A model generated the notes under the pieces. That model made no database searches. It was not told the origin of the DNA and saw nothing but the letters and a program-made list of their open reading frames with translations. The position numbers were made by a program, and so were the translations under genes. Source: Deltaproteobacteria bacterium (GTDB taxonomy: Bacteria > Desulfobacterota > Desulfuromonadia > Desulfuromonadales > Geothermobacteraceae). From it: a stretch of 41,852 nucleotides of DNA. Location of the stretch: the NCBI GenBank assembly GCA_003695205.1, contig RFIO01000174.1, forward strand, positions 1-41,852, given 5' to 3'. Positions 38,222-41,852 of the stretch are shown here, piece after piece (within the stretch, counting starts at the first letter, position 1; each line of letters starts with the position of its first letter).

Positions 38222-38250
38222 TTCATAACCGAAGTAGTGGTTTTTGTCAA
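38222..38250 (-). promoter_or_regulatory. Putative sigma70 promoter of the PxxKW gene
   Basis: TTGACA-17 bp-TATGAA; the -10 overlaps one arm of an 11-bp inverted repeat. Confidence 0.45.
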
Positions 38251-38270
38251 TCCCTTTTCCCACCGCCCCC

Positions 38271-38299
38271 TTGACCGGGGGTGGGTTGAAGTTTAGGCT
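38271..38299 (+). promoter_or_regulatory. Putative sigma70 promoter of the YcgN-like gene
   Basis: TTGACC-17 bp-TAGGCT, ending 8 nt before ATG 38308. Confidence 0.5.
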
Positions 38300-38307
38300 T
38301 GCACCCC

Positions 38308-38601
38308 ATGGACAGACTCAAGCCCGGCAGTCCCGAATGGGAGGCGGTTTGCGAGCGTTGCGGCCGCTGCTGCTGTGAAAAGATTGAATACGAAGGTGTG
38401 GTTTACTATACCGACCGCCTTTGCCCCCACCTCGACCCCGAGACCCGACAGTGTCGGGTCTACCCTGACCGTCGCAAGGTTCAACCCGACTGTGTCGCTC
38501 TCGACCAGAGCCATCTCGATCTGGGCATTTTGCCGCATGACTGCCCCTATGTCGCGGGGCGCTCAAACGCACGCAAACCGCTGCCCTGGCCGGAAGACTG
38601 A
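38308..38601 (+). CDS. YcgN/YkgJ-family cysteine-cluster protein (CxxCxxCC)
   Basis: WEAVCERCGRCC...CPHLD...CRVY..R....PDC...LPHDCPYV. Confidence 0.82.
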   Translation: MDRLKPGSPEWEAVCERCGRCCCEKIEYEGVVYYTDRLCPHLDPETRQCRVYPDRRKVQPDCVALDQSHLDLGILPHDCPYVAGRSNARKPLPWPED

Positions 38602-38756
38602 AATCACGCGTGCGTGCGTACCCTTCCTCTCCTGACGGATTTTTCGGTCGACAGCATGACTTTCCATTTTTTCGGGAACTGGTATTGTAATTCCTGTGTC
38701 GGGTTGCCAAATTGCTGCTTCGGTTTCCCGATTCCCTGCCACAAGGAGGCTCACAT

Positions 38757-40181
38757 ATGTCATTCATCAGCTTCGGCACCTCGGGCTGGCGCGGCATAAT
38801 TGCCGAGGACTTCACCTTTGACAGGGTGCGCGTCGTTACCCAGGCCATTGCCGACCACCTGCGCGATGCCGACCTGACCGGTGGTGGTGTGGTCGTTGGT
38901 TACGATGCCCGTTTTCTCGGCCGGCGATTTGCCGAGGAGGCCGCCCGGGTTCTGTGCGGTGCGGGCCTGAAGGTCTTTCTGTGCGACCGGGACACCCCAA
39001 CCCCTGTGATTGCCCACGAAATTCTGGCGCGCAAGGCCGATGGCGGAATCAACTTCACGGCGAGCCACAACCCGGCCGAGTACAATGGACTCAAGTTCTC
39101 TCCCGCCTGGGGCGGACCGGCGCTGCCGGAGACGACCCGTGACATCGAGCAGCGCGCCAATGCCATGCTCGGGGAAATCACTTTCCGTGAAATGCGCCTG
39201 GAGCATGCGCGCGAGCAGGGATTGCTTGAAGATATCGACCCAGGCACGAATTATCGGGATACCATCAGGTCGCTGATCGATCTCAAGGCGATCAAGACCT
39301 CCGGCATGCGCGTCGCCGTCAATCCGCTCTATGGCACCGGTCGTGGCTATCTCGACAAGCTGCTGTTCGAGGCCGGCGTCGCTGTTTCCACCATTAATGC
39401 CCAGCCCGATCCGACCTTTGGCGGCCTTCCGCCCGAACCGGCGGAAGAGAACATCCAGGATTTTATCCAGTTGGTACGCGATGACGAGGGCATCACCCTG
39501 GGGTTGGCCACCGACGGTGACGCTGACCGTTACGGGATTGTCGATGGGGATGGCAGCTATATTCAGCCCAACGCCGTGCTGGCCCTTCTGGCCGACTACC
39601 TGCTCGGCGTCAAGGGGGAAAAAGGGGCTGTTGCTCGTTCGGTAGCCACATCGCACCTGCTCGACGCCGTGGCCCGTTATCATGGGGTTGAACTGCTGGA
39701 AACCCCGGTTGGTTTCAAGTACATCGGCGAATACATCCGCGACAACCGTATCATCATCGGCGGTGAGGAGAGTGCCGGTCTTTCCATCGGTGGGCATGTC
39801 CCAGACAAGGACGGCATCCTGGCCTGTCTGTTGGTTGCCGAGATGGTTGCCGTGACCGGTAAATGCCTCGGTGAACTGTTGCGCGAACTGTATGAACGGG
39901 TCGGGGTGGTTTGCAGCCGCAGGTTGAATATCCGGCTGACCGATGAGCTCGACCAGGGCTATGACCAGCGCATCGGCCAGTTGCCCGGGACCTTTGCCGG
40001 CCGCAAGGTTGTCGATGTGGTCACCATGGATGGACACAAGTGTCTGCTGGAAGGGGATGCCTGGCTGTTATTCAGGAAATCTGGCACCGAACCGGTTGTG
40101 CGTCTCTACGGTGAAGCCAGGGACGACCAGACCCTGCAGGAGATTCTGGATGCCGGAAAGGCCTTTTTGCTCGGGGAATGA
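38757..40181 (+). CDS. Phosphoglucomutase/phosphomannomutase family protein
   Basis: FGTSGWRG, TASHNP, DGDADR, GEESAG, KDG, RKSGTEP; AAGGAGG RBS. Confidence 0.94.
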   Translation: MSFISFGTSGWRGIIAEDFTFDRVRVVTQAIADHLRDADLTGGGVVVGYDARFLGRRFAEEAARVLCGAGLKVFLCDRDTPTPVIAHEILARKADGGINFTASHNPAEYNGLKFSPAWGGPALPETTRDIEQRANAMLGEITFREMRLEHAREQGLLEDIDPGTNYRDTIRSLIDLKAIKTSGMRVAVNPLYGTGRGYLDKLLFEAGVAVSTINAQPDPTFGGLPPEPAEENIQDFIQLVRDDEGITLGLATDGDADRYGIVDGDGSYIQPNAVLALLADYLLGVKGEKGAVARSVATSHLLDAVARYHGVELLETPVGFKYIGEYIRDNRIIIGGEESAGLSIGGHVPDKDGILACLLVAEMVAVTGKCLGELLRELYERVGVVCSRRLNIRLTDELDQGYDQRIGQLPGTFAGRKVVDVVTMDGHKCLLEGDAWLLFRKSGTEPVVRLYGEARDDQTLQEILDAGKAFLLGE

Positions 40182-40247
40182 CAGAAGATGACCTGCAGCA
40201 GAGAGACACAGGCAGGCAAAAGGTAAAAGGTAAAGAACAGAAATAGG

Positions 40248-40288
40248 AAAAGGCCGCCAACCTGTTGGGTTGGCGGCCTTTTCTTTTG
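40248..40288. terminator. Bidirectional intrinsic terminator
   Basis: AAAAGGCCGCCAA/TTGGCGGCCTTTT between convergent genes. Confidence 0.8.
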
Positions 40289-40323
40289 GGTTGTTCCGGG
40301 GCACGCCCGGAGCTTCATCAGCC

Positions 40324-40512
40324 TCAGGTAAACCCGGAACCTGCCGGTGCGGCACAGGACGTTGCGGTTCCCGCCGTCGTACGCGCGGGGATAGATACGG
40401 CCTTTGGTGCCGGTTCTTTACAGTCAGGGCAGGGGTATTCCTTTTTGGCCGTCCGCAAAAGTTTCTCGAAGGTTCGGTCGCACCTCGAACAGTGGAACTC
40501 AAACAGCGGCAT
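40324..40512 (-). CDS. FmdB-family zinc-ribbon protein
   Basis: MPLFEFHCSRC...FEKL...CPDC...; TTTGGAGGA RBS. Confidence 0.85.
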   Translation of the reverse strand: MPLFEFHCSRCDRTFEKLLRTAKKEYPCPDCKEPAPKAVSIPARTTAGTATSCAAPAGSGFT

Positions 40513-40637
40513 CAGAGATCCTCCAAAAGGGAGTTTGGTTTAAAGATATATACAAAATATGCGCCGTAGCGTTTCCGGTCAAGGGGACTGCAGGCAGGAT
40601 TTGACTCGACCAGCCATTTCCGATTTAAAGACCATGG

Positions 40638-40665
40638 TTGACAATTTTAGAAAAATCCCGATAAT
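40638..40665 (+). promoter_or_regulatory. Putative sigma70 promoter of the HTH-EIIA/hyfB operon
   Basis: TTGACA-16 bp-GATAAT in an AT-rich island. Confidence 0.5.
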
Positions 40666-40708
40666 GTCCAAAAATGTCTAAATGGATAGAAAAATTACTG
40701 GTATTTTC

Positions 40709-41434
40709 ATGAATTTGTCAGTCAAAGACGCATCCTCGCTACTGGCTGTCTCTGAGAAGACCATCTATCGCTGGATCCAGCAGGGTTCCATCCCGGTTTA
40801 CAAGGTCCACGGCAGTTATCGATTCAATCGTGCCGAACTGATCGAATGGGCCACGTCTCGGCGTCTTGGTGTTTCGGCCGACGCTTACACCGAACCGGTC
40901 CAAGATGCTCAGCCACTGCCCGGTTTAAGCGAGGCTATGGAAGCAGGTGGAATTATATACCGTCTTGATGGGCGAGATCGGGACGAGGTGCTTCGCTCAC
41001 TGGTCGACCACCTGCGCCTTCCTGAAGAGGTCGACCGCGGTTATCTGCAAGAGGTGCTGATCGCCCGCGAGGAACTGGCGTCGACCGCTTTCGGCGGCGT
41101 CGCGCTACCCCATCCGCGCAATCCAGGGCTGCTCAACCTGAGTCAGATGACCCTGACCCTGGCGTTTCTGGAACACCCGGTCGATTTCGATGCCATCGAC
41201 GGTCAACCGGTCCAGGTACTGTTCGTTCCCCTGGCGCCGACTCTGCGCGGACATTTGCACCTGCTCAGACAAGTCGCCTTTGCCCTGCACGACGCCGAGG
41301 TCCGAGCCGTGCTGCAGCAACAGGGGAGCCGCGAGGAGATTTTCAGGGTTTTCGAAAAAATCAGTGAAGCCCTTGGAAAAAACGGCTACGGAACCGGGGC
41401 TGATTCCGCCACAGATCAAGGAGGCAAAGCCTGA
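40709..41434 (+). CDS. Excisionase/MerR-like HTH fused to a PTS EIIA (Ntr/Fru-type) domain
   Basis: LSVKDASSLLAVSEKTIYRWI...YRFNRAELIEW; REELASTAFGGVALPHPR (phospho-His); FDAIDGQPV; HLHLL. Start is 40709 or 40682. Confidence 0.88.
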   Translation: MNLSVKDASSLLAVSEKTIYRWIQQGSIPVYKVHGSYRFNRAELIEWATSRRLGVSADAYTEPVQDAQPLPGLSEAMEAGGIIYRLDGRDRDEVLRSLVDHLRLPEEVDRGYLQEVLIAREELASTAFGGVALPHPRNPGLLNLSQMTLTLAFLEHPVDFDAIDGQPVQVLFVPLAPTLRGHLHLLRQVAFALHDAEVRAVLQQQGSREEIFRVFEKISEALGKNGYGTGADSATDQGGKA

Positions 41435-41436
41435 CC

Positions 41437-41852
41437 ATGAGTATGAACCTTTCTTTTGTCGCGGTCGGTGCGGCGCTTCTTTCCAGCCTGCTGCCCCTGC
41501 TCTGGGGGCGCAGTCCTGGGGCAGTTCGCACCACGGCCTTTGTGTTGCTCGGCCTCTCCGGCCTGGCTGGAGTGGTCGGCGGTGTCCAGGCGTTGATTGT
41601 CGACCAGCATGTGTCAGTGGTCCTGCCTGTCGGCCTGCCCTGGCTGCATTGCCATCTTGCACTCGATCCGCTCTCCGGTTTCTTCTTCGCCGTTGTCAGC
41701 CTGGTGGCCCTGGTTGCGGCTGTTTACGGCCCATTCTACGTGCGAGAGTACGAAAATGGGCCTCAACCGCTTCTGCCGCTGACTCTCTTTACAGGGTTGT
41801 TTCTGGCAGGCATGGACATTGTGCTGCTGGCCAGAAACAACCCTGTAAAGAG
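41437..41852 (+). CDS. hyfB: Hydrogenase-4 component B / Ehr antiporter-like membrane subunit (5' part only)
   Basis: Not in the ORF track. Manual translation gives MSMNLSFVAVGAALLSSLLPLLW...GLPWLHCHLALDPLSGFF...VYGPFY...LFLAGMDIVLLA, open to the edge. The last 23 nt look artefactual. Confidence 0.75.
   Translation, partial: MSMNLSFVAVGAALLSSLLPLLWGRSPGAVRTTAFVLLGLSGLAGVVGGVQALIVDQHVSVVLPVGLPWLHCHLALDPLSGFFFAVVSLVALVAAVYGPFYVREYENGPQPLLPLTLFTGLFLAGMDIVLLARNNPVK

Noticed and set aside
40182-40247. Purine-rich tract with AAAAGGT duplication after pgm
   Set aside because: Only two short units with no spacers; not a CRISPR array or a supported repeat family.
41785-41852. Perfect 23-bp inverted repeat: 41830-41852 is the reverse complement of 41785-41807
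   Set aside because: It runs to the last base and replaces the expected HyfB continuation; typical fold-back/chimeric contig-end artefact rather than a mobile-element end. Check by read mapping.

Overview
GC-rich bacterial chromosomal segment whose gene content and order (pheA-tyrA-aroA-cmk-ispH-rpsA-sppA-ihfB; cysE-iscR-iscS-iscU-mnmA-mtaB; PxxKW protein; HTH-EIIA gene before hyfB/ehr) point to a Desulfuromonadales/Geobacter-like deltaproteobacterium (inference). It holds about 42 CDS, mostly housekeeping, with both edge genes truncated. No tRNA, rRNA, CRISPR array or transposase was seen. Main points of interest: (1) a four-gene minus-strand module in which a CbrA/CrbS-type SLC5(SSS)-STAC transporter-like sensor is fused to GAF + PP2C phosphatase instead of a histidine kinase, with an overlapping small membrane protein upstream and an RsbV/RsbW partner-switch pair downstream, but no sigma factor; (2) a 6S RNA-like ncRNA with its own promoter between ihfB and an RluA gene; (3) an aminopropyltransferase with motifs resembling animal spermine synthase; (4) an OmpA/TSP3 lipoprotein and a stand-alone MshEN c-di-GMP receptor splitting the two permeases of a peptide ABC operon; (5) several readable regulatory sites (tandem IscR boxes, a sigma54 promoter, phased repeats before an Xis-HTH/EIIA regulator). 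All family calls come from motif recognition by eye and from memory; no database search was run.
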